From contig NIVC01002395.1 in assembly GCA_002269645.1 (NCBI GenBank), forward strand, positions 62,001 to 126,000: a stretch of DNA of 64,000 nt, given 5' to 3'. Numbering within the stretch: the first letter of the stretch is position 1; every line of letters begins with the position of its first letter. The translations under genes and the position numbers were made by a program. Shown here one piece after another: positions 25,021-37,557 of this stretch. The stretch is from Macrostomum lignano (lineage: Eukaryota). The notes beneath the pieces were generated by a model, which saw only the letters and a program-made list of their open reading frames with translations, had not been told where the DNA came from and ran no database searches.

Positions 25021-25404
25021 CAAAAGCAGACTGAATCGCTATATACTATTCAAAATAATTTCAGCTCGGTTATCTCTGCCTACGAACCCCTGCCCGGCGC
25101 TGGCGGCCCGGGATTGGCTGAAAATTCGAGTCACATCCGGGGGCCGCTCGGATAGAAGAGAAGATCGAGTCTGCTATTCTTCGAATGCGGTTTGTCTGAG
25201 GGCTAAAACAGATTTTAATTGCCAGCCCTAAACCACCCCACCCCACCAAACTTCGCGGGCGAATTTACCTTTTTACAATTTATGGTTGTCATGCGGGGTA
25301 AGAGAACTATGCAAGATCACGCGCGCAAAGCAGAACACTGCCACGTCTCGAGCAGTTTCTTATTAGAAGCAACATTTTTTGTCGATTGACTTGGCGCCTT
25401 TTGG

Positions 25405-26390
25405 ATAACTCTACCAATTCAAAATGACACTCTACCAATTTAAAATGGCACTCTACCAATTCAAAATGACACTCTACCAATTTAAAATGGCACTCTACCA
25501 ATTCAAAATGACACTCTACCAATTTAAAATGACACTCTACCAATTCAAAATGACACTCTACCAATTTAAAATGGCACTCTACCAATTCAAAATGGCATGA
25601 ATCTAACAATTCAAAATGACACTCTACCAATTCAAAATGGCATGACTCTACCAATTCAAAATGACACTCTACCAATTCACAATGACACTCTACCAATTCA
25701 AAATGACACTCTACCAATTTAAAATGACACTCTACCAATTCAAAATGACACTCTACCAATTTAAAATGGCACTCTACCAATTCAAAATGGCATGAATCTA
25801 ACAATTCAAAATGACACTCTACCAATTCAAAATGGCATGACTCTACCAATTCAAAATGACACTCTACCAATTTAAAATGACACTCTACCAATTCAAAATG
25901 ACACTCTACCAATTTAAAATGGCACTCTACCAATTCAAAATGGCATGAATCTAACAATTCAAAATGACACTCTACCAATTCAAAATGGCATGACTCTAAC
26001 AATTCAAAATGACACTCTACCAATTCAAAATGACACTCTACCAATTCAAAATGACACTCTACCAATTCAAAATGACACTCTACCAATTCAAAATGACACT
26101 CTACCAATTCAAAATGACACTCTACCAATTCAGAATGGCATGACTCTACCAATTCAAAATGGCATGACTCTACCAATTCAAAATGGCATGACTCTACCAA
26201 TTCAAAATGGCATGACTCTATCAATTCAAAATGGCACTCTACCAATTCAAAATGGCACTCTACCAATTCAAAATGGCATGACTCTATCAATTCAAAATGA
26301 CACTCTATCAATTCAAAATGGCATGACTCTATCAATTCAAAATGGCACTCTACCAATTCAAAATGACACTCTACCAATTCAAAATGACAC
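25405..26390. repeat. Minisatellite, 21-bp unit CAATTCAAAATGACACTCTAC with 24-bp variants
   Basis: Tandem copies. It produces the spurious ORF 25307..26410. Confidence 0.97.
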
Positions 26391-26779
26391 AACTTATACA
26401 AAAAGGCCACGATCTACGAGTCTAAAAGCGAGATCTACTCATCTAAAGTGGCACATTACTATAAAATGGCACTCTACTTTGCCATTTTAGACTGGTAAGT
26501 ACTATACGAAGATAGTACTTTGTACTTAGTACTATCCAAAGCGGTGCTGTAGCTGTACTATAAAATAGCATGAAAGTACAACTGTGATCTAATAGAAATA
26601 AATTCAGCAATAGATCATTTCAATATTTTACAAGTAAGTCTGTCCGCATCATATTTTTTATGCCCAAATGTCCTAGAAAATAAGACTGTCAAAACGAAAA
26701 CCGAAAATTTTAATAAAGCTAGCTGAAGTCGTATCACTGAATTGGGATTATAATTTCGTCCCAATCCGCCCTCTCTCAA

Positions 26780-26946
26780 GACTTGTGTCTCTTCTCTTTC
26801 TCTCCTTTCCTTTCTCACATTCTTTCTCCCCTCCTCTCCCCCTCACCTCTCTCATCTCCCTTTCTCATTTCCCCTCTCTCCTCTCTCCTCTCTCCTCTCT
26901 TCTCTTCTGTATGGCCCTGAAGTCGCAAAAGTTTGCCCAACCCCTG
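26780..26946. mobile_element. CT-rich tract ending in a hAT-like terminus AAGTTTGCCCAACCCCTG
   Basis: The reverse complement matches CAGGGGTCGACAAACTT at 35175, which also precedes a CT-rich tract (35268-35570). Probably remnants of one MITE family. Confidence 0.5.
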
Positions 26947-28699
26947 AGCTAGATCCACTGTCAGTGCCAGTCATTTTCAGCGCAAAAATTCCAGCGCTAA
27001 CGGCAGACGCTGTTGTAGTTGTAATAGCAGCAATGGTGACAGACCAACCCTATTACTCTATCCAGCCAGTATTTGAGTCCCGTCGGGGTTGTGAGTCAGA
27101 AATGGCTGACAGTGCGCAGTAAATTACAAAAGAACATATAAGACACAGGGACACAGGGAGGGCAGAGAAGGGGCAGCTGCCCCCCCCCTCTGTTGGCATT
27201 CAACAGTCGCTTAATACCTTATTTGGAGTTAAGAGGCTCGATTTCTAAGAAATGATATCAGTTGATCAGTGAAGCAATTATATCAAACAGGGGCAGGAGT
27301 TCATGCTCATTGTCCAGTCAGGATTATTAGATGTGTCCATAAACTCCTGACCATGCTTGAAACATTGTTGCCTTCACATCTGGTTAATATAGTGCGCAAC
27401 TATTTATAATAATCTGATCGTGACTTGACCTCTATAAGCTATAACTTACCTTACAAGTTGAGATTCTGATGCTCAAACAGTATCGGAGGCTCTCTATAAG
27501 CGCAGCTTACTGGCTGCAGTAGCGACTAATACCCTGTCTGCTTTATATATTGTAGTACGACAAGAGCGCGCCAGTAATTTCTCGGAAATCCTAACTCGTC
27601 CCGCCCTGGCCGCTCATTCGCTGAAACCCGAAGTTCCCTTTTTTGAAGTTCAGTTTTATGCTAATAGTCCACAGAACAACTAGAATGTACATTAGTATAG
27701 TGTACACTGACCGCAACCCCCACCCCCTGGCCCTTACACTGTAGATGCGGATATAATGGTCACGTGACATCTGTAAATTCTACGATTAGCTGAAGATATA
27801 TTTTAGCTTTAAAAAAGTGGTCGCATGCGTACGTACGGTGTGAGCTGTGAGACTTGTGAGTTGTATGGACAGCAATTGGTAGCTTGTGCGCCTGTCATTG
27901 TGTTGTGCGTCTGTCTGTCGCAAAAGCACAATTGCGGGCTTGCAGCTATAATATTTTAACTTTATACTGCGGGGCTAGATGAGAAAATCCTGGCGGTAGA
28001 CAGCCACCCCACCCCGATTTGCATTTCTTGCATTCTTTTATTTAGCTTGAACTTGAATTATTGTACATTAGAGTCTGCCCCGCGCGTACATTGTTGTATC
28101 AGTACATGCATAGACTGTACAATGTGCATGGCGCGCTCTTACAGCAAAAACTGGAACTTCGGTTTTATGCATGCGTGTTAGGCGGTACAACAGTACCGAC
28201 TTACAAGGTTGCAAAGCAGTTGCACGCAAAGCATGCACGAGCAGTGGAAAGATTGTACGAAAGTTAATATTAGCTTCCAAATTTAGCCATGCCGTCAGTC
28301 AGGTCATCAATAATTGCATCAAAAATATTTTCCGACCAAAAACATTGTGACACAAAGCTCGTTGTTCCTTGTTTCTGTGCTCTTCTATCGATTAATTGCT
28401 ATAATTGCCAGTGCTATTAATAGTTTTGACGAGTATTTAGTAGAACGAAAGTTCCTTTATTCATGCCTTAAGCTATGCACGTCAAAATTTGGTGCAAACG
28501 TACCTGGCTGCACTACTACACAACGACAGCCGGAAGCTGAGTTGAAGACCTGCGGGTCAATTTACATGTACATGTGCAAAGTACGCGATATAAATCGTAA
28601 CTAAATGTATAGCAGCAGAGCTGGAGTACTTCATTCTTTCAGATCTAAAAATCGAAAATCGAAAAATTTAGTTAATAAATTTTTAGTTAAATTTATTAA

Positions 28700-29605
28700 C
28701 TAAAATCGCCATCTGACCCATCAAACCCACTAGAATCGCCATCTGACCCATCAAACCCACTAGAATCGCCATCTGACCCACAGTACCAAACCCACTAGAA
28801 TCGCCATCTGACCCATCAAACCCACACTAGAATCGCCATCTGACCCATCAAACCCACTAGAATCGCCATCTGACCCATCAAACCCACTAGAATCGCCATC
28901 TGACCCATCAAACCCACTAGAATCGCCATCTGACCCACAGTACCAAACCCACTAAAATCGCAATCTGACCCACTAGAATCACCATCTGACCCACCAAATC
29001 CACTAAAATCGCCATCTGACCCACCAAATCCACTAAAATCGCCATCTGACCCACCAAATCCACTAAAATCGCCATCTGACCCACCAAATCCACTAAAATC
29101 GCAATCTGACCCACTGAAATCGTAGAATCCACTAAAATCGCCATATGACCCACTAAAATCACCATCTGACCCACTAGAATCGCCATCTGACCCACAGTAC
29201 CAAACCCACTAAAATCGCAATCTGACCCACTAGAATCACCATCTGACCCACCAAATCCACTAAAATCGCCATCTGACCCACCAAATCCACTAAAATCGCC
29301 ATCTGACCCACCAAATCCACTAAAATCGCCATCTGACCCACCAAATCCACTAAAATCGCCATCTGACCCACCAAATCCACTAAAATCGCCATCTGACCCA
29401 CCAAATCCACTAAAATCGCAATCTGACCCACTGAAATCGTAGAATCCACTAAAATCGCCATATGACCCACTAAAATCACCATCTGACCCACTAGAATCGC
29501 CATCTGACCCACAGTACCAAACCCACTAAAATCGCAATCTGACCCACTAAAATCGCAGAATCTACTAAAATTGCAGAAATCCACTAGAATCGCCATCTGA
29601 CCTAT
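28700..29605. repeat. Minisatellite, ~28-31-bp units with core AGAATCGCCATCTGACCCA
   Basis: Tandem copies with block duplication. Confidence 0.96.
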
Positions 29606-30337
29606 CAAACAAAAAACAAAAAAACAAAACAAAATCGTTGCTCCTCTGACTCCTATAAAATTACTCCTGACTCAACTCTCGTTCGTTTCACATTACTTAC
29701 ACATCATGTAAAATATTTCTACGGATTTCTTGCATATTACGAAAAAATATAACTCATCTACTTAAAAATAGTCGAAGTCCTACTTAAAGTATTTATGAAA
29801 TGAGTCATGAATTTTAATTGGCATTGTTGAGTACGCGCTTGCATGCGAGATAACACGGCATGGCATGTACATGCAGAAAAGCAAAACCGAATTTTGAATT
29901 AATTGATATGAGTTGCTGCGCGCACCTCGGGTCTGTCTAGCTCGGTTGCTGCTAACTACGCTAAGTTCGGTAGGTGGAAGGTGCAGAATTACACAAGCGC
30001 GTAGGCGGGCGCGCTGCACAGAAAACGGTCAGCTGTGTTTATAGATAATGACAATTTGACAAAACTATTAGCTGCATGTATAAGATTTAGTGTTGTAGAC
30101 TTGTGTCTAAATGTTATTTTTAATCATAACTGAATTTCTACTGTTCATATGCACTACATTTTTTTGAGAATTGGTGCTTGTTAGAACTCATTTTGGCGCT
30201 ATTTGGCGCCCTAAAGCGAAGTTTGACTTCCACAATGGGCAACAAGGTGGGGTGGGGGGGACTAAGCTTCATTGGCATGTCCCCCCTGTTCTCCGCGATG
30301 GCGACGCCTCTGATGAGATGTACATCTACATATTGCA

Positions 30338-30636
30338 TAATAATAATAATAATTGATTACACGTGCCTTAATGGGCAAATGCGCAACCGACAGCTCAGCC
30401 GCAGCTATTGCGCGGCGCATCTGAAGGCTGCGTACGGCTGTTCAGTCCAAGGACTGGGGGGTCGCCATCCTCAATTACCCCAGCTATAATGCTGGCACCG
30501 ATTTTACAGCTGGGTGAACTGAAGCAATGCAGAGTTGTGTCTTGCTTAAGGACACAAATTGTTCCAGTGGGTCGAGAGTCGAACCCCCGATCTTCAAGTT
30601 GTGAGTCCGACGCTCTGACCACTGGGCTACAACCCC
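30338..30636 (-). mobile_element. tRNA-derived SINE with a CORE-like central domain and (ATT)n tail
   Basis: Head GGGGTTGTAGCCCAGTGGTCAGAGCG...GGGGTTCGACTCT contains A and B boxes. The segment TGTGTCCTTAAGCAAGACAC..CTTCAGTTCACCCAGCTGTAAAATCGG resembles the MIR CORE consensus. Tail repeats at 30338-30353. Confidence 0.85.
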
Positions 30637-32437
30637 TTAGTGGTCATGCATGCAACACATGCATGGATATTGCATATGTAACATGTACTGTAAGGACTAC
30701 AAGAATGCTTAGATTAGTACATGTACAAATTAGTATAGTATAAGTATCTGAATTACATGTGTACTGTACAAGGTCGAGACATAAATTTATTAGTAGCTTG
30801 TGCTAAAAATTAGATTGGCACGGCCGTGCCATTGAGTCAATAAACAGTAAACAGTAATATGACTCAAGCAATTGCGAGTAAAACAACTCAAAGCCGTCAG
30901 TTCTTGGTTTAAACTTTTTTCCGACGAACAAGACAAATTAAATGAAGACTTTGGATATAGCTACTTACTGAAATAAGTAGTACTAATGTGACTTGATGTA
31001 GCTAAACCCACAGATACTATAAACATATTTTATATCTGTTTATAGTATCTGTGGCTAAACCTAATAAATGCTCAAATTTGAGCAACAACTGTAAGTCTAA
31101 TGAGAGATCTGTAATTCCATTAATTTTATGCCTTTCGTTACGGCTGACTACAGGGGATGTTGCTCGGGAGGGCTGCGGGCTGACGGCAATTCAAGGGTGT
31201 ACAACCGCCCCGACTTTCTAATCGTCAAGCAGGGGCGGCGCCACCACAGTAAAAGCTATGGCACCCTTGTGACCCGTTGTGGAATCCAATAACTTTGTTT
31301 CAGGGCGCTAAAATATTGTACGTGGCACCAAAAAGAGTGTCTGCAGCGCTAAAATGAGTGCCTGTGTCGCTAAAATGAGTGTCTGCAGCGCTAAAATGAG
31401 TGCCTGCGGCGCTAAAATGAATGCTGACAACACCGATTTTCAAAATAATGTACATGTAGCAATTTAGTCTGCATGTACATGTACACTCCTCATGGCTGTG
31501 AATTGCATAACTCAGCATCAGCAGCAAATTTTCATGCACACAAGCCAAAATACGCGTTTACCGCGCTGAGCTGCTCTGCCCCGGGGCCCGAAGCTTTACC
31601 CTACGTAAAAGAAGAAAGGCTGCAAATAATATAAAATGAAACTCAGAAATTAGCATATTAATAATAGCAGCTATTTTTGAGGTGGCCAACAGAAACGGTG
31701 CATCCTGCATCCGCCATAACGGAGCGAGAATGAACGCACAAATAAATCCGTAAGAATTCATCCATCCATCGCTTGTATATTTTTGTTAATATACGCAAAC
31801 AGTTATTCTTTTGGTAGTTGGTTGTGGCAAATAGATAAAATCGAAATTCTTTCTACCACTACAGATGTTATTCATATATATTTAACTATTAATATAGAGT
31901 AAAATACGGTACTAAGTTTTTTAAAAGATTTGCTGGTAAAGGATTTATAAAGCTTGTTGTTGTCCACCCAGTATATGTGTTAATTCACAAAACTGGCTAA
32001 ACGATTCAGCACACACTACTGACAGCCTAAGTTTACATAGTAGTATATTAATTTATATTAAAATTAGAGCTACAAATACATTAACTAATAACAATCAGAT
32101 TAGAAAGTAGGGCCTATTTTAATATATATAGTGTAGCAAAGTTCAGTAGTAGCTAACCCATATCTGAGACACAGAGAGAGAGGGAGGGAGGGAGTTGATG
32201 GAAACGGAAGCAACTAGTCAGTATCTAGTCATTTCATTACGCGCTAAGTGTAAATAAAGTCCGCTAACTTGGTGAAGTTTGAGAAGCAACGAAGCGGGGG
32301 AAAAAGCAACAGAAGAAGACGGTAAAGATCGGAGATACAGACAGAGAAGAATAGCCTAAATCAGTGCGTCTTTGTCAGCACTCTTAACCCGCAGATCCCC
32401 CCTGCCCAAACAGTGTTTCAATAGCTAGACAGGCTGC

Positions 32438-35038
32438 TCAAGTGTAGAACTTCCTAGGCGGCCGATTCTTGTAGGCGATTTTTCGCGACTTCAAATAAGT
32501 GAACACGTGGCGCTTAGCGAACCAGCTGCAGGCCACCAGCACCAAAGTCCAGGGCAGGACCTTCAGCGCTATGCGTTTCCTATCGTCGTGCTCCATCTCG
32601 GACGTGAACGTCAGGAAAGTGGCGACGTCCTTGGCTAGCTGGCTCTGCGTAGCCGGCGTGCCGTCCTCGTACTCGATGATCTCGTTGTACAGCGCCTGCG
32701 GATGGGTTGGTTGGCTTAGGCTTTGTTGCAACCGAATATGGCCTAGGAGGAATCTGTACTGTTTATCCACTAGATCACATAAAACAAACGTCTGAAGGAC
32801 GCTGCTTCTTATGAACTAAACTCAGATTTCCAGGAATCCCCCATCAACCCATCAACCATTCTTAATGACTCAATTCCCGATTTCCAGGAATCCCAGACCT
32901 GATTTCCAGGAATTCCTTTCTCGATTTCCAGGAATTTCATTCCCGATTTCCAGGAATTCCATCCCCGATTTCCAGGAATCCCATTCCCCGATTTCCAGGA
33001 ATCCCATTCTCCGATTTCCAGGAATCCCAGACCTGATTTCCAGGAATTTCATTCCCGATTTCAAGGAATCCCATTCTCGATTTCCAGGAATCCCATTCCC
33101 GATATCCAGGAATCTCATTCCCGATTTCCAGGAATCCTGTTCCTGATTTCCAGGAATCCTGTTCCTGATTTCCAGGAATCCTGTTCCTGATTTCCAGGAA
33201 TCCTGTTCCTGATTTCCAGGAATCCTGTTTTTGATTTCCAGGAATCCTATTCCTGATTTCCAGGAATCTTATTCCTGATTTCCAGGAATCTCATTCCCGA
33301 TTTCCAGGAATCTTATTTCTGATTTCCAGGAATTCCATCCTGGGATTTCCAGCTACCCCATCACCTATTTTCGTTTATCCCACCCTAATATCCAGGAAGT
33401 CTATCCATAGTATTCAGGAACTTCAACCCCTATTTTCAGATATTAGCATTTATATCAGCATATCAGCATTAATCACAACATCAGCATCAGCATTGGGATT
33501 TTAATCCCAATTTCTAGGAATTTCAAACACACATCGAAATAATCTCGTCCCCTTACTAATTCAGTAACCATACAGTCTGATTTATTTGAATCACAATGAC
33601 CACACTATTTCCTAGATCCCAACACGTAAATAGCAATTGTAGTTCTGATACAGAATACAACGGAATTTAGACTAAAACTTCAGACTCCCAACCTGAGCCA
33701 TAGCGATAGCGCCGCCAGGAAAGTACGGATTATAATAGAGGCCCTCGCCGACCAGCCGGCCCGCGGGCGGATCCATGTAGCCGGTCAACAGGTGGAACAG
33801 GTAGTCGGCGCCGCCGTGCCTGGCGGCCACGATGAAGCTCAGATCTGGCGGAGCGGCGCCACCGTTAGCAGCCTTGGCGGCCTCCACATTGGGATAGGGA
33901 TTCGGGAAGAAGTCGCTCAGCTTGCCGGGCCGCTCAAACATCTGGCCAGTCTCGTCCGGCCCGTCCTGCACCTGGATCTCGGCGGCCTCGGCCTTGGCCT
34001 CCTCCTCAGTTAGGCAGACGCCAACAAGGTGACGGTAGGCGATGAACTTCATGCTGTGGCAGGCGGCGCACACCTGGGAGAGAGCGGCAATTTTAATGAG
34101 TTTTCTGGGTCATAGGGCGATTCTGTACAGGTGGGTTGGGTCAGAGGGCGATTCTGTACAGGTGGGTTGGGTCAGAGGGCGATTCTGTACAGGTGGGTTG
34201 GGTCAGAGGGCGATTCTGTACAGGTGGGTTGAATCAGAGGGCGATTCTGTACAGGTGGGTTGGGTCAGAGGGCGATTCTGTACAGGTGGGTTGGGTCAGA
34301 GGGCGATTCTGTACAGGTGGGTTGGGTCAGAGGGCGATTCTGTACAGGTGGGTTGGGTCAGAGGGCGATTCTGTACAGGTGGGTTGGGTCAGAGGGCGAT
34401 TCTGTACAGGTGGGTTGAATCAGAGGGCGATTCTGTACAGGTGGGTTGAATCAGAGGGCGATTCTGTACAGGTGGGTTGAATCAGAGGGCGATTCTGTAC
34501 AGGTGGGTTGAATCAGAGGGCGATTCTGTACAGGCAGGTTGGTTGGATCAGAGGGCGATTCTGTACAGAGATGATAAAGACTTGGCTTGGGTCAGAGGGC
34601 GATTCTGTACAGAGAGATTATAAAGACTTGGCTTGGGTCAGAGGGCGATTCTGTACAGAGAGATTATAAAGACTTGGCTTGGGTCAGAGGGCCTTTTTCG
34701 ACACGATTGGGGTTCAGGTTTTTGACCTTCAAAATTAACATCAAACTTGATGAATTAACATTCAGAATCATTTGAGTTTTACTCAAAGTTAACTCAGAAG
34801 AACAATCTTAGAAACAAAAGCCCGAACAGACCTGCTTGAACACAAAGTAACCCCTGCGCACAGAAGCGGCATCAAGAGAGGAGAACCAGCCATTGTGCGA
34901 CCAGGGCAAGTGAGACGAATGCAGCGTCAGCTCGGTGGCGAATGCCGGCGTGCTCAAATAGAGAGCGGCGCCGCTTCCGGCGCCTAGCGCGCCAGCGGCC
35001 AGTGCGGCGCGTCTGCCTAATTGAAGCCAGCGACTCAT
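32438..35038 (-). CDS. CYC1: Cytochrome c1, heme protein, mitochondrial (281 aa). Exons 34832-35038, 33693-34073, 32438-32695
   Basis: Heme motif [45 protein letters not shown]|[24 protein letters not shown] and a C-terminal membrane anchor. Phase-0 GT-AG introns. Confidence 0.97.
32825..33350. repeat. Intronic minisatellite, ~22-bp unit GATTTCCAGGAATCCTGTTCCT
   Basis: Tandem copies in CYC1 intron 2. Confidence 0.94.
34113..34692. repeat. Intronic minisatellite, 31-bp unit GGGTCAGAGGGCGATTCTGTACAGGTGGGTT
   Basis: Tandem copies in CYC1 intron 1. Confidence 0.97.
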
Positions 35039-35920
35039 TGGGACGCGAGTGGGTGACGAAACGGCAGCAAGAGGCGCGCGATTTGGATTAATGAACTAAT
35101 GAATCGAACCCAGGCGGTGCATTTCCGGGAGAGTCAGACACGTTTATTGCTGCGCTAGTCTCCTCCTCCTAAGCCAGGGGTCGACAAACTTCGGTCTGCG
35201 AAACCTCTGTGGGCCCTCGGGTCCTTTGAAACTTCACAATAGCAATGCGGCGAGCTTAAGGCTTGTTTTCCCTCTTCTCTCCTCTATCCCCTCTCTCCCC
35301 CCTCTTCTCTCCTCTATCCCCTCTCTCCCCCCTCTTCTCTCATCTATTCCCTCTCTTCTCTTTACCATCTTCTCTCATCTATCCCCTCTCTTCTCTCCCC
35401 TCTTTCCCCCATCTTCTCTCCCCTCTTTCCCCCATCTTCTCTCATTTATCCCTTCTCTTCTCTTCTCTCCTGTCTATTCTCTCCTCTCGCTTCCCTCTCT
35501 TCTTTTAATCTCTCATCCCATCTCTCGCCTCTCTCCTCTTCTCTCTCATCTCACCCTCTATTCCCTTTGCTCGGAGCCAAGAGTTGGATTGTTTTTTTTT
35601 GTCACTTTATTTATAGTCCAGTCTATAAATAAATAAATAGGCAGAAACAAGGGCAAAATCGCATGCCTCATTATCCTCATTTATTCAAGATACAATGCGA
35701 GTACATCAGAAAAGGCAATTGCCAATTAATGATTATTTATAACTAGCTGAAACAATATTACAAAACTAAAATGTTAACAATTAAACAGTACCAATGAACA
35801 AACAGGGCTGCTAGCTAAAAGATGCTTAAACGCGATTACAAAAATTTCCCTCACAAATTTAGCATCGATATTTTCGCATTTCTACTGTTAGTAGCCGCAA
35901 TCGTGCCAAGACCACGGCTC

Positions 35921-37093
35921 TCACGGCTCAACAGCTTTGGCTTTGGCCGGTTTAACATCAAAATCGACGCCTTTCGGTCCGAACTTGTCCCAGAACTCAC
36001 GCAGCATCCGTTTCATAGCGTAGGCGTCCTCGCCGTCGGCGTAATATTTCGGCTCGGTTTCGCTAATACGAAAGCCGAGCGTCTTTTTGTACAGCTGCAA
36101 CGCTGCCCGATTGCTGACGCGGACGTGCAGCGACACGTAGCGAGCGTGGAAGCTCTCCACCATGGCGCGAGAGGCCTGAAGTGATTGGGTGTCGCATTGC
36201 GTTTGACTAGCTTTGACTCGTTATTATACTTGGTTGATTAAGGTCACAGCAATGGAAATTTCTCTGTTTGTCAAGTTCCAAAGGGGAATTACACATCTGG
36301 TGATTTGGTGAAGGTCGAAATGGGAATTCCCCAGTTGGTCAAGGTTACTGCCATGGAAATTACCCAGTTAGTCAAGGTCGAAATGGGAATTCCCCATTTG
36401 GTCAAGGTCGAAATGTGAATTCTCTATTTGATCAAGGTCGAAATGGGAGTTTCATATTTGATCAAGGTCGAAAAGGGAATTCCCCATTTGGTCAAGGTCG
36501 AAAGGGAAATTCCCCATTTGATCAAGCTCGAAATGAGAATTCCCAAGCTGGTTGGTCAAGGTCGAAATTGGAATTCCCCAGTTAGTCAAGGTCGAAACGG
36601 GAATTCTCCAGTTAGTCAAGGTCGAAATGGGAATATTCCCCAATCGGTAAAGGTCACTGCCGTGAAATACCTCAGTTGGTCAAAAGGGATTCCACTATTG
36701 GTCAAGGTCCAAATTGGCATTTATTTCCTGATTTTTAGAACATTTCAGTGAGAATTTTCCTGACGGTTATGGACCATCTGTTCAACCTATAGTAGTCATC
36801 ATCAGTCCTACAGACCTGATCCATGAGCTTCTGCGCAATGCCTAATCGGCGATAATTTCGCTTGACAGCCAGCGAGGTAATGTGACCGTGTGGCTGGTCC
36901 TCGGGTCCTCCTCCATCTTTGCCAACACGTAGCCAACAATTTCGCCATCAAGATTCTCAGCTACGAATGATAACTGAGGCCAAGAGAGGCCGTGGTACAG
37001 ATAATATTTCATCTGGTAATTTTCTGGCAAGCACTGCAGGTTGCAGTCCTGCATGTTCATCAGGTCAGCGGGCGTGGCATTTCGAATATTCAT
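35921..37093 (-). CDS. NAA10: N-alpha-acetyltransferase 10 (NatA catalytic subunit), ~177 aa, with an apparent 1-nt frameshift. Exons 36816-37093 and 35921-36175
   Basis: [42 protein letters not shown], then in the shifted frame [29 protein letters not shown]|[39 protein letters not shown]. Exon 1 is 278 nt, one short of a multiple of 3. Confidence 0.95.
36295..36720. repeat. Degenerate intronic minisatellite, ~30-bp unit GGTCAAGGTCGAAATGGGAATTCCCCATTT
   Basis: Tandem copies in the NAA10 intron. Confidence 0.9.
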
Positions 37094-37557
37094 TTTGCAG
37101 AAAAGGTGTAGATAAAAATATGGATATTGATATATTCTCAAGGAGTTCTGTTTCAGTCAAATGTTCTCCTAGATTTTCTATGCATTTTGGTACCTGTGCA
37201 TTTCAGTACCCCAGTTTTTATGTCAAAATAATAATAAAAATAATCCTATAACAAATATAATAATGAATTTACAAAAAAATAATGTTTCTAATAAAAGTAG
37301 TATCTATTTTGTTAAGCTGGCATGTTTTTTAAATTTAGAAAAATCCAATCAATTTAATTGCATGGCATGCTTCATTTGCTGTATCCTATATATACAAATA
37401 CAAGGCTGCACCTAGCAAGCGTGCTATGAAGACTTAGTTAAGTAGAGATAAAAGCTATCAATGATATAGTATGCATTTTGATTGAAACTATCGAACTAGT
37501 CTATTTTAGTATTGATTTCTTGAATCACACAATCTTATATAAATTGAAACCATACAT

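Noticed and set aside
27270-27380. Minus-strand peptide CFKHGQEFMDTSNNPDW resembling a THAP/transposase fragment
   Set aside because: It is under 30 aa, bounded by stops, and lacks the other conserved residues.
35096-35170. B-box-like GGTTCGATTC upstream of CYC1
   Set aside because: No cloverleaf can be drawn and the A box is poor; not called as a tRNA or SINE.
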